DNA of 64,000 nt from the human T2T-CHM13v2.0 reference genome, Homo sapiens, in NCBI RefSeq assembly GCF_009914755.1, contig NC_060946.1; one strand, written 5' to 3'. Below, piece after piece: positions 42,601 to 55,000 of the stretch (the stretch's first letter is position 1; each line of letters opens with the position of its first letter). Made by a program: the position numbers and the translations under genes. A model generated the notes under the pieces. That model was given only the letters and a program-made list of their open reading frames with translations. It had not been told where the DNA came from and made no database searches.

Positions 42601-45600
42601 ATCTCTGCACTAATCATTCAAGTGATGTAACACTTGTCTAGGATCTGCCTAAATTAACTTTGTGACATAACCCTGTACTGATCATCCAGGTGATGGGGCT
42701 TTTGTCCAGGCTCTGCCTAAGGGGGCATTGTGACATATTTCTGCATTGATCACCCAGGTGGCGAACTCTTCTCTTGGATCTGCCTATGGGGGCATTGTGA
42801 CAAATCTCTGCACTGATCACCCAGGTGACGTAACTGTTGTGTAACCTCTGCCGACAGGGGAATTGTGAGAGATTTCGCCACTGATCACCCAAGTGATGTA
42901 ACCATTGTCTAGGCTTTGCGTACAGGGGTCTTTGTGACATACCTTTGCACTGATCACCCAGGTGATGTAACACATATAAGTTCGGCCTAAAAGAGCTTTG
43001 TGACATATCTCTGCACTGATCACTTAGGTGATGTAACAATTTTATAACCACTGCCTACAGGGAATTTTGACAAATCTGTACACGGATCACCTAGGTGATG
43101 TAACTCTTGTCTACCCTCTGTCCAACGGGTCATTGTGAAATATCTCTGCACTGATCACCCAGGTGATTCAACTCTTGACTAGGATCTGCCTACAGAGGAT
43201 ATTGTGAAATATCTCTGCACTGATAAACTAGGTGGTGTAACCCTTGTCCAAGCTCTGCCTACAGGGGCGTTTTCACATATCCCTGAACTGATGACAGAGG
43301 TGATGTAACACTTGCCTAGGCTTTGCCTACAGGAGACATTGGACATATATCTGCCCTGATCTCCCATGAGATGCAACTCTGGCCTAGGCTGTGCCTACAG
43401 GGGACATTGTGACATATCTCTTCAATGATCACCCATGTGATGCAACTCTTGCCTAGACTTTGCCTACAGGGGACATTGTGACATATCTCTGCACTGATCT
43501 CCCAGGTGCTGTAACTTTAGTCTAGGCTCTGGCTACACGGCATTGTGACATATCACTGCACTGATCAACCAGGTGATATAACTCTTGTATAGGCTCTGCC
43601 TACAGGGGGCTTGTGACATATCTCTGCACTGATCACCAAGGTGATACAGCTCTTCTCTAGGATCTGCCTACAGGGTGCTTTGTGACATATCCCTGCACTG
43701 ATCACCCAGGTGATCTAACTCTTGTCTAAGCTCTGCCTAAAGGGGCATTGTGACAGATCTCTGCACTGATCACTCAGGTGATGTAACTGTTGTCTAGGCT
43801 CTGCTTCAAGGGGCCTTGTCACATATCTCTGCACTGATCACCCAGGTGATGTAACTCTTGTCTAGGCTCTGCTTCCAGGGCATATTGTGACATATCTATG
43901 CACTGATCACCTTAGTGATGTAACACTTGTGTAGGCTCGGCCTACAGGGGAATCTTGACATATCTCTGCACTGTTAACCGAGGTGATTTAACTCTTGTCT
44001 AGGCTGTGCCCACAGGGAGATTGAGACATATCTCTGCCCTGATCGCGACGTGATCCAACTCTTGCCTGGTCTCTGCCTACTGGGGACATTGTGACAAATC
44101 TCTGCACTGATCTCCCAGGTGTTGCAACTTTAGTCTAGGCTCTGGCTACACGACATTGTGACATATCACTGCACTGATCACCCAGGTGATATAACTCTTG
44201 TCTAGGCTCTGCCTACAATGGTATTGTGACATGTCTCTGCACTGATCACCCAGGTGATATAACTATTCTCTAGGATCTGACCACAGGGTGCTTTGTGACA
44301 TATCCCTGCAATGATCACCCAGGTGATATACCACTTGCCAAGGCTCTGCCTACAGGGGCATTGCAATGTATCTCTACACTGATCACCTAGGTCTTGTAAC
44401 TCTTTTCTAGGATCTGCCTACAGGGTGCTTTGTGACGTATCCCAGCAAGGATTACCCAGGTGATGTACCGCTCATCAAGGCTCTGCCTACAGGCACATCG
44501 CGATGTATCTATGCACTGATCACCTAGGTCATGTAACCTTTGTCTAGGCTCTGCGTACGATGGCATTGTGACATATCTCTGCACTAATCATCCAAGTTAT
44601 GTAACACTTGTCTAGGATCTGCCTAAATTAACTTTGTGACATAACCCTGTACTGATCATCCAGGTGATGGGGTTTTTGTCTAGGCTCTGCCTAAGGGGGC
44701 ATTGTGACATATTTCTGCATTGATCACCCAGGTGGCGAACTCTTCTCTTGGATCTGCCTATGGGGGCATTGTGACAAATCTCTGCACTGATCACCCAGGT
44801 GACGTAACTGTTGTGTAACCTCTGCCGACAGGGAAATTGTGAGAGATCTCGCCACTGATCACCCAAGTGATGTAACCATTGTCTAGGCTTTGCGTACAGG
44901 GGGCTTTGTGACATACGTTTGCACTGATCACCCAGGTGATGTAACACATCTAAGTTCGGCCTAAAGGAGCTTTGTGACATATCTCTGCACTGATCACTTA
45001 GGTGATGTAACACTTTTATAACCACTGCCTACAGGGAATTTTGACAAATCTGTACACTGATCACCTAGGTGATGTAACTGTTGTCTACCCTCTGTCCAAC
45101 GGGTCATTGTGAAATATCTCTGCACTGATCACCCAGGTGATTCAACTCTTGACTAGGATCTGCCTACAGAGGTTATTGTGAAATATCTCTGCACTGATAA
45201 ACTAGGTGGTGTAACCCTTGTCCAAGCTCTGCCTACAGGGGCGTTTTCACATATCCCTGAACTGATGACAGAGGTGATGTAACACTTGCCTAGGCTTTGC
45301 CTACAGGAGACATTGGACATATATCTGCACTGATCTCCCATGAGATGCAACTCTTGCCTAGGCTTTGCCTACAGGGGACATTGTGACATATCTCTTCAAT
45401 GATCAGCCATGTGATGCAACTCTTGCCTAGGCTTTGTCTACAGGGGACATTGTGTCATATCTCTACATTGATCTCCCAGGTGCTGTAACTTTAGTCTAGG
45501 CTCTGGCTGCACGGCATAGTGACATATAACTGCACTGATCAACCAGGAGATATAACTCTTGTATAGGCTCTGACTACAGGGGGCTTGTGACATATCTCTG

Positions 45601-47645
45601 CACTGATCACCCAGGTGATATAGCTCTTCTCTAGGATCTGCCTACAGGGTGCTTTGTGACATATCCCTGCACTGATCACCCAGGTGATCTAACTCTTGTC
45701 TAAGCTCTGCCTAAAGGGGCATTGTGACAGATCTCTGCACTGATCACTCAGGTGATGTAACTGTTGTCTAGGCTCTGCTTCAAGGGGCCTTGTCACATAT
45801 CTCTGCACTGATCACCCAGGTGATGTAACTCTTGTCTAGGCTCTGCTTCCAGGGCATATTGTGATATATCTATGCACTGATCACCTTAGTGATGTAACAC
45901 TTTTGTAGGCTCGGCCTACAGGGGAATCTTGACATATCTCTGCACTGTTAACCGAGGTGATTTAACTCTTGTCTAGGCTGTGCCCACAGGGTGATTGAGA
46001 CATATCTCTGCCCTGATCCCGACGTGATCCAACTCTTGCCTGGTCTCTGCCTACTGGGGACATTGTGACAAATCTCTGCACTGATCTCCCAGGTGTTGCA
46101 ACTTTAGTCTAGGCTCTGGCTACACGACATTGTGACATATCACTGCACTGATCACCCAGGTGATATAACTCTTGTCTAGGCTCTGCCTACAATGGTATTG
46201 TGACATGTCTCGGCACTGATCACCCAGGTGATATAACTATTCTCTAGGATCTGACCACAGGGTGTTTTGTGACATATCCCTGCAATGATCACCCAGGTGA
46301 TATACCACTTGCCAAGGCTCTGCCTACAGGGGCATTGCAATGCATCTCTACACTGATCACCTAGGTCTTGTAACTCTTTTCTAGGATCTGCCTACAGGGT
46401 GCTTTGTGACGTATCCCAGCAAGGATTACCCAGGTGATTTACCGCTCATCAAGGCTCTGCCTACAGGCACATCGCGATGTATCTCTGCACTGCTCACCTA
46501 GGTCATGTAACCTTTGTCTAGGCTCTGCCTAAGATGGCATTGTGACATATCTCTGCACTAATCATTCAAGTGATGTAACACTTGTCTAGGATCTGCCTAA
46601 ATTAACTTTGTGACATAACCCTGTACTGATCATCCAGGTGATGGGGCTTTTGTCCAGGCTCTGCCTAAGGGGGCATTGTGACATATTTCTGCATTGATCA
46701 CCCAGGTGGCGAACTCTTCTCTTGGATCTGCCTATGGGGGCATTGTGACAAATCTCTGCACTGATCACCCAGGTGACGTAACTGTTGTGTAACCTCTGCC
46801 GACAGGGGAATTGTGAGAGATTTCGCCACTGATCACCCAAGTGATGTAACCATTGTCTAGGCTTTGCGTACAGGGGTCTTTGTGACATACCTTTGCACTG
46901 ATCACCCAGGTGATGTAACACATATAAGTTCGGCCTAAAAGAGCTTTGTGACATATCTCTGCACTGATCACTTAGGTGATGTAACAATTTTATAACCACT
47001 GCCTACAGGGAATTTTGACAAATCTGTACACGGATCACCTAGGTGATGTAACTCTTGTCTACCCTCTGTCCAACGGGTCATTGTGAAATATCTCTGCACT
47101 GATCACCCAGGTGATTCAACTCTTGACTAGGATCTGCCTACAGAGGATATTGTGAAATATCTCTGCACTGATAAACTAGGTGGTGTAACCCTTGTCCAAG
47201 CTCTGCCTACAGGGGCGTTTTCACATATCCCTGAACTGATGACAGAGGTGATGTAACACTTGCCTAGGCTTTGCCTACAGGAGACATTGGACATATATCT
47301 GCCCTGATCTCCCATGAGATGCAACTCTGGCCTAGGCTGTGCCTACAGGGGACATTGTGACATATCTCTTCAATGATCACCCATGTGATGCAACTCTTGC
47401 CTAGACTTTGCCTACAGGGGACATTGTGACATATCTCTGCACTGATCTCCCAGGTGCTGTAACTTTAGTCTAGGCTCTGGCTACACGGCATTGTGACATA
47501 TCACTGCACTGATCAACCAGGTGATATAACTCTTGTATAGGCTCTGCCTACAGGGGGCTTGTGACATATCTCTGCACTGATCACCAAGGTGATACAGCTC
47601 TTCTCTAGGATCTGCCTACAGGGTGCTTTGTGACATATCCCTGCA
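36700..47645. repeat. HOR-dimer super-repeat, period 3,948 bp (2 x 1,974), about 2.8 copies
   Basis: Identical ORFs at 36716/40664/44612, 37257/41205/45153, 38690/42638/46586 and 39231/43179/47127. Alternating A/B HOR variants are visible, with isolated single-base differences near 41888, 42110 and 45992. Confidence 0.9.
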
Positions 47646-49019
47646 ATGATCACCCAGGTGATCTAACTCTGGTCTAAGCTCTGCCTAAAGGGGCATTGTG
47701 ACAGATCTCTGCACTGATCACTCAGGTGATGTAACTGTTGTCTAGGCTCTGCTTCAAGGGGCCTTGTCACATATCTCTGCACTGATCACCCAGGTGATGT
47801 AACTCTTGTCTAGGCTCTGCTTCCAGGGCATATTGTGACATATCTATGCACTGATCACCTTAGTGATGTAACAATTGTGTAGGCTCGGCCTACAGGGTAA
47901 TCTTGACATATCTCTGCACTGTTAACCGAGGTGATTTAACTCTTGTCTAGGCTGTGCCCACAGGGGGATTGAGACATATCTCTGCATTGATCCCGAGGTG
48001 ATGCAACTGTTGCATGGTCTCTGCCTACTGGGGACATTGTGACATATCTCTGCACTGATCTCCCAGGTGCTGCAACTTTAGTCTAGGCTCTGGCTACACG
48101 ACATTGTGACATATCACTGCACTGATCACCCAGGTGATATAACTCTTGTCTAGGCTCTGCCTACAATGGTCTTGTGACATATCTCTGCACTGATCACGTA
48201 GGTGATATAACTATTCTCTAGGATCTGACCACAGGTAGCTTTGTGACATATCCCTGCAATGATCACCCAGGTGACATACCACTTGCCAAGGCTCTGCCTA
48301 CAGGGGCATTGCAATGTATCTCTGCACTGATCACCTAGGTCTTGTAACTCTTTTCTAGGATCTGCCTACAGGGTGCTTTGTGACGTATCCCAGCAAGGAT
48401 TACCCAGGTGATGTACCGCTCATCAAGGCTCAGCCTACAGGCACATCGCGATGTATCTCTGCAAAGATCACCTAGGTCATGTAACCTTTGTCTTGGCTCT
48501 GCCTAAGAAGGCATTGTGACATATCTCTGCACTAATCATCCAAGTGATGTAACACTTGTCTAGGATCTGCCTAAATTAACTTTGTGACATAACCCTGTAC
48601 TGATCATCCAGGTGATGGGGCTTTTGTCTAGGCTCTGCCTAAGGGGGCATTGTGACATATTTCTTCATTGATCACCCAGGTGGCGAACTCTTCTCTTGGA
48701 TCTGCCTATGGGGGCATTGTGACAAATCTCTGCACTGATCACCCAGGTGACGTAAGTGTTGTGTAACCTCTGCCGACAGGGAAATTGTGAGAGATCTCGC
48801 CACTGATCACCCAAGTGATGTAACCATTGTCTAGGCTTTGCGTACAGGGGGCTTTTTGACATACCTTTGCACTGATCACCCAGGTGATATAACACATCTA
48901 AGTTAGGCCTAAAGGAGCTTTGTGACATATCTCTGCACTGATCACTTAGCTGATGTAACCCTTTTATAACCACTGCCTACAGGGAATTTTGACAAATCTG
49001 TACACTGATCACCTAGGTG

Positions 49020-52000
49020 ATGTAACGCTTGTCTACCCTCTGTCCAACTGGGCATTGTGAAATATCTCTGCACTGATCACCCAGGTGATTCAACTCTTGA
49101 CTAGGATCTGCCTACAGAGGTTATTGTGAAATATCTCTGCACTGATAAACTAGGTGGTGTAACCCTTATCCAAGCTCTGCCTACAGGGGCGTTTTCACAT
49201 ATCCCTGAAGTGATGATAAAGGTGATGTAACTGTTGCCTAGGCTTTGCCTACAGGGGACATTGGACATATATCTGCACTGATCACCCAGGTGATGCAACT
49301 TTTGCCTAGGCTTTGCCTACAAGGGACATTGTGACATATCGCTTCAATGATCACCCATGTGATGCAACTCTTGCCTAGGCTTTGCATACAGGGGACATTG
49401 TGACATATCTCTGCACTGATCTCCCAGGTGCTGTAACTTTAGTCTAGACTCTGGCTACACGGCATTGTGACATATCACTGCACTGATCAAACAGGTGATA
49501 TAACTCTTGTCTAGGCTCTGCCTACAGGGGGCTTGTGACATATCTCTGTACTGATCTCCCAGGTGATATAACTCTTCTCTAGGATCTGCCTACAGGGTGC
49601 TTTGTGACATATCCCTGCAATGATCACCCAGGTGATCTAACTCTGGTTTAAGCTCTGCCTAAAGGGGCATTGTGACAGATCTCTGCACTGATCACTCAGG
49701 TGATGTAACTATTGTCTAGGCTCTGCTTAAAGGGGCCTTGTCACATATCTCTGCAATGATCACCCAGGTGATGTAACTCTTGTCTAGCCTCTGCTTTCAC
49801 GGCATATTGTAACATATCTATGCACTGATCACCTTAGTGATGTAACACTTGTGCAGGCTCGGCCTACAGGGTAATATTGACATATCTCTGCACTGTTAAC
49901 CGAGGTGATTTAACTCTTGTCTAGGCTGTGCCCACAGCGTGATTGAGACATATCTCTGCACTGATCCCGAGGTGATCCAACTGTTGCCTGGTCTCTGCCT
50001 ACTGGGGACATTGTGACATATCTCTGCACTGATCTCCCATGTGCTGTAATTTTAGTCTAGGCTCTGGCTACACTGCACTGTGACATATCACTGCACTGAT
50101 CACCCAGGTGATATAAATCTTGTCTAGGCTCTGCCTACAATGGCCTTGTGACATATCTCTGCACTGATCACCCAGGTGATATAACTCTTCTATAGGATCT
50201 GACCACAGGGTGCTTTGTGACATTTCCCTTCAATGATCACCCAGGTGATATACCACTTGCCAAGGCTCTGCCTACAGGGGCATTGCAATGTATCTCTGCA
50301 CTGATCACCTAGGTCTTGTAACTCTTTTCTTCGATCTGCCCTCAGGGTGCTTTTTGACGTATCACAGCAAGGATTACCCAGGTGATGTACCTCTCATGAA
50401 GACTCTGCCTACAGGCACATTGCGATGTATCTCTGCACTGATCACCTAGGTCATGTAACTTTTCTCTAGGCTGTGCCTACGATGACATTGTGACATATCT
50501 CTGCACTAATCATCCAAGTGATGTAACCCTTGTCTAGGATGTGCCTGAATTAACTTTGTGACATAACCCTGTACTGATCATCCAGGTGATGGGGTTTTTG
50601 TCTAGGCTCTGCCTAAGGGGGCATTGTGACATATTTCTGCATTGATCCCCCAGGTGGCGAACTCTTCTCTTGGATCTGCCTATGGGGGCATTGTGACAAA
50701 TCTCTGCACTGATCACCCAGGTGATGTAACTGTTGTGTAACCTCTGCCTACAGGGGAATTGTGAGAGATCTCGCCACTGATCACCCAAGTGATGTAACCA
50801 TTGTCTAGGCTTTGCGTACAGGGGCTTTGTGACATACCTTTGCACTGATCACCCAGGTGATGTAACACATCTATTTTCGGCCTAAAGGAGCTTTGTGACA
50901 TATCTCTGCACTGATCACTTAGGTGATGAAACACTTTTATAAGCACTGCCTACAGGGAATTTTGACAAATCTCTGCACTGATCACCTAGGTGATGTAACG
51001 CTTGTCTACCCTCTGTCCAACGGGTCATTGTGAAAAATCTCTGCACTGATCACCCAGGTGATTCAACTCTTGACTAGGATCTGCCTACAGAGGTTATTGT
51101 GAAATATCTCTGCACTGATAAACTAGGTGGTGTAACCCTTATCCAAGCTCAGCCTACAGGGGCGTTTTCACATATCCCTGAAGTGATGACAAAGGTGATG
51201 TAACTGTTGCCTAGGCTTTGCCTACAGGGGACATTGGACATATATCTGCACTGATCACCCAGGTGATGCAACTCTTGCCTAGGCTTTGCCTACAAGGGAC
51301 ATTGTGACATATCGCTTCAATGATCACCCATGTGATGCAACTCTTGCCTAGGCTTTGCCTACAGGGGACATTGTGACATATCTCTGCACTGATCTCCCAG
51401 GTGCTGTAACTTTAGTCTAGACTCTGGCTACACGGCATTGTGACATATCACTGCACTGATCAACCAGGTGATATAACTCTTGTCTAGGCTCTGCCTACAG
51501 GGGGCTTGTGACATATCTCTGCACTGATCTCCTAGGTGATATAACTCTTCTCTAGGATCTGCCTACAGGGTGCTTTGTGACATATCCCTGCAATGATCAC
51601 CCAGGTGATCTAACTCTGGTTTAAGCTCTGCCTAAAGGGGCATTGTGACAGATCTCTGCACTGATCACTCAGGTGATGTAACTATTGTCTAGGCTCTGCT
51701 TAAAGGGGCCTTGTCACATATCTCTGCAATGATCACCCAGGTGATGTAACTCTTGTCTAGCCTCTGCTTTCACGGCATATTGTAACATATCTATGCACTG
51801 ATCACCTTAGTGATGTAACACTTGTGCAGGCTCGGCCTACAGGGTAATATTGACATATCTCTGCACTGTTAACCGAGGTGATTTAACTCTTGTCTAGGCT
51901 GTGCCCACAGTGTGATTGAGACATATCTCTGCACTGATCCCGAGGTGATCCAACTGTTGCCTGGTCTCTGCCTACTGGGACATTGTGACATATCTCTGCA

Positions 52001-55000
52001 CTGATCTCCCATGTGCTGTAATTTTAGTCTAGGCTCTGGCTACACTGCACTGTGACATATCACTGCACTGATCACCCAGGTGATATAAATCTTGTCTAGG
52101 CTCTGCCTACAATGGCCTTGTGACATATCTCTGCACTGATCACCCAGGTGATATAACTCTTCTATAGGATCTGACCACAGGGTGCTTTGTGACATTTCCC
52201 TTCAATGATCACCCAGGTGATATACCACTTGCCAAGGCTCTGCCTACAGGGGCATTGCAATGTATCTCTGCACTGATCACCTAGGTCTTGTAACTCTTTT
52301 CTTCGATCTGCCCTCAGGGTGCTTTTTGACGTATCACAGCAAGGATTACCCAGGTGATGTACCTCTCATGAAGACTCTGCCTACAGGCACATTGCGATGT
52401 ATCTCTGCACTGATCACCTAGGTCATGTAACTTTTGTCTAGGCTCTGCCTACGATGGCATTGTGACATATCTCTGCACTAATCATCCGGGTGATGTAAAC
52501 CTTGTCTGGGATCTGCCTAAATTAACTTTGTGACATAACCCTGTACTGATCATCCAGGTGATGGGGCTTTTGTCCAGGCTCTGCCTAAGGGGGCATTGTG
52601 ACATATTTCTGCATTGATCACCCAGGTGGCGAACTCTTCTCTTGGATCTGCCTATGGGGGCATTGTGACAAATCTCTGCACTGATCACCCAGGTGATGTA
52701 ACTGTTGTGTAACCGCTGCCTACAGGGGAATTGTGAGAGATCTCGCCACTGATCACCCAAGTGACGTAACCATTGTCTAGGCTTTGCGTACAGGGGGATT
52801 TGTGACATACCTTTGCACTGATCACCCAGGTGATGTAACACATCTATGTTCGGCCTAAAGGAGCTTTGTGACATATCTCTGCACTGATCACTTAGGTGAT
52901 GTAACACTTTTATAAGCACTGCCTACAGGGAATTTTGACAAATCTCTGCACTGATCACCTAGGTGATGTAACGCTTGTCTACCCTCTGTCCAACGGGTCA
53001 TTGTGAAATATCTCTGCACTGATCACCCAGGTGATTCAACTCTTGACTATGATCTGCCTACAGAGGTTACTGTGAAATATCTCTGCACTGATAAACTAGG
53101 TGGTGTAACCCTTATCCAAGCTCTGCCTACAGGGGCGTTTTCACATATCCCTGAAGTGATGACAAAGGTGATGTAACTGTTGCCTAGGCTTTGCCTACAG
53201 GGGACATTGGACATATATCTGCACTGATCACCCAGGTGATGCAACTCTTGCCTAGGCTTTGCCTACAAGGGACATTGTGACATATCGCTTCAATGATCAC
53301 CCATGTGATGCAACTCTTGCCTAGGCTTTGCCTACAGGGGACATTGTGACATATCTCTGCACTGATCTCCCAGGTGCTGTAACTTTAGTCTAGACTCTGG
53401 CTACACGGCATTGTGACATATCACTGCACTGATCAACCAGGTGATATAACTCTTGTCTAGGCTCTGCCTACAGGGGGCTTGTGACATATCTCTGCACTGA
53501 TCTCCCAGGTGATATAACTCTTCTCTAGGATCTGCCTACAGGGTGCTTTGTGACATATCCCTGCAATGATCACCCAGGTGATCTAACTCTCGTTTAAGCT
53601 CTGCCTAAAGGGGCATTGTGACAGATCTCTGCACTGATCAGTCAGGTGATGTAACTATTGTCTAGGCTCTGCTTAAAGGGGCCTTGTCACATATCTCTGC
53701 AATGATCACCCAGGTGATGTAACTCTTGTCTAGCCTCTGCTTTCACGGCATATTGTAACATATCTATGCACTGATCACCTTAGTGATGTAACACTTGTGC
53801 AGGCTCGGCCTACAGGGTAATATTGACATATCTCTGCACTGTTAACCGAGGTGATTTAACTCTTGTCTAGGCTGTGCCCACAGTGTGATTGAGACATATC
53901 TCTGCACTGATCCCGAGGTGATCCAACTGTTGCCTGGTCTCTGCCTACTGGGGACATTGTGACATATCTCTGCACTGATCTCCCAGGTGCTGTAACTTTA
54001 GTCTAGGCTCTGGCTACACGGCACTGTGACATATCACTGCACTGATCACCCAGGTGATATAAATCTTGTCTAGGCTCTGCCTACAATGGCCTTGTGACAT
54101 ATCTCTGCACTGATCACCCAGGTGATATAACTCTTCTCTAGGATCTGACCACAGGGTGCTTTGTGACATTTCCCTGCAATGATCACCCAGGTGATATACC
54201 ACTTGCCAAGGCTCTGCCTACAGGGGCATTGCAATGTATCTCTGCACTGATCACCTAGGTCTTGTAACTATTTTCTTCGATCTGCCCTCAGGGTGCTTTT
54301 TGACGTATCCCAGCAAGGATTACCCAGGTGATGTACCTCTCATCAAGGCTCTGCCTACAGGCACATTGCGATGTATCTCTGCACTGATCACCTAGGTCAT
54401 GTAACTTTTGTCTAGGCTCTGCCTACGATGGCATTGTGACATATCTCTGCACTAATCATCCGGGTGATGTAACCCTTGTTTAGGATCTGCCTAAATTAAC
54501 TTTGTGACATAACCCTGTACTGATCATCCAGGTGATGGGGCTTTTGTCTAGGCTCTGCCTAAGGGGGCATTGTGACATATTTCTGCATTGATCACCCAGG
54601 TGGCGAACTCTTCTCTTGGATCTGCCTATGGGGGCATTGTGACAAATCTCTGCACTGATCACCCAGGTGATGTAACTGTTGTGTAACCTCTGCCTACAGG
54701 GGAATTGTGAGAGATCTCGCCACTGATCACCCAAGTGACGTAACCATTGTCTAGGCTTTGCGTACAGGGGGCTTTGTGACATACCTTTGCACTGATCACC
54801 CAGTTGATGTAACACATCTATGTTCGGCCTAAAGGAGCTTTGTGACATATCTCTGCACTGATCACTTAGGTGATGTAACACTTTTATAAGCACTGCCTAC
54901 AGGGAATTTTGACAAATCTCTGCACTGATCACCTAGGTGATGTAACGCTTGTCTACCCTCTGTCCAACGGGGCATTGTGAAATATCTCTGCACTGATCAC

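Larger units (their letters stand above)
14570..49005. repeat. HOR subfamily domain II
   Basis: Shared variants in most copies: CACATCGCGATG (M15), GGTGACGTA (M20), TAACCACTG (M23), AACGGGTCATT (M24), GACAGAGGTG (M27), GATCTCCCA at M28. Confidence 0.85.
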
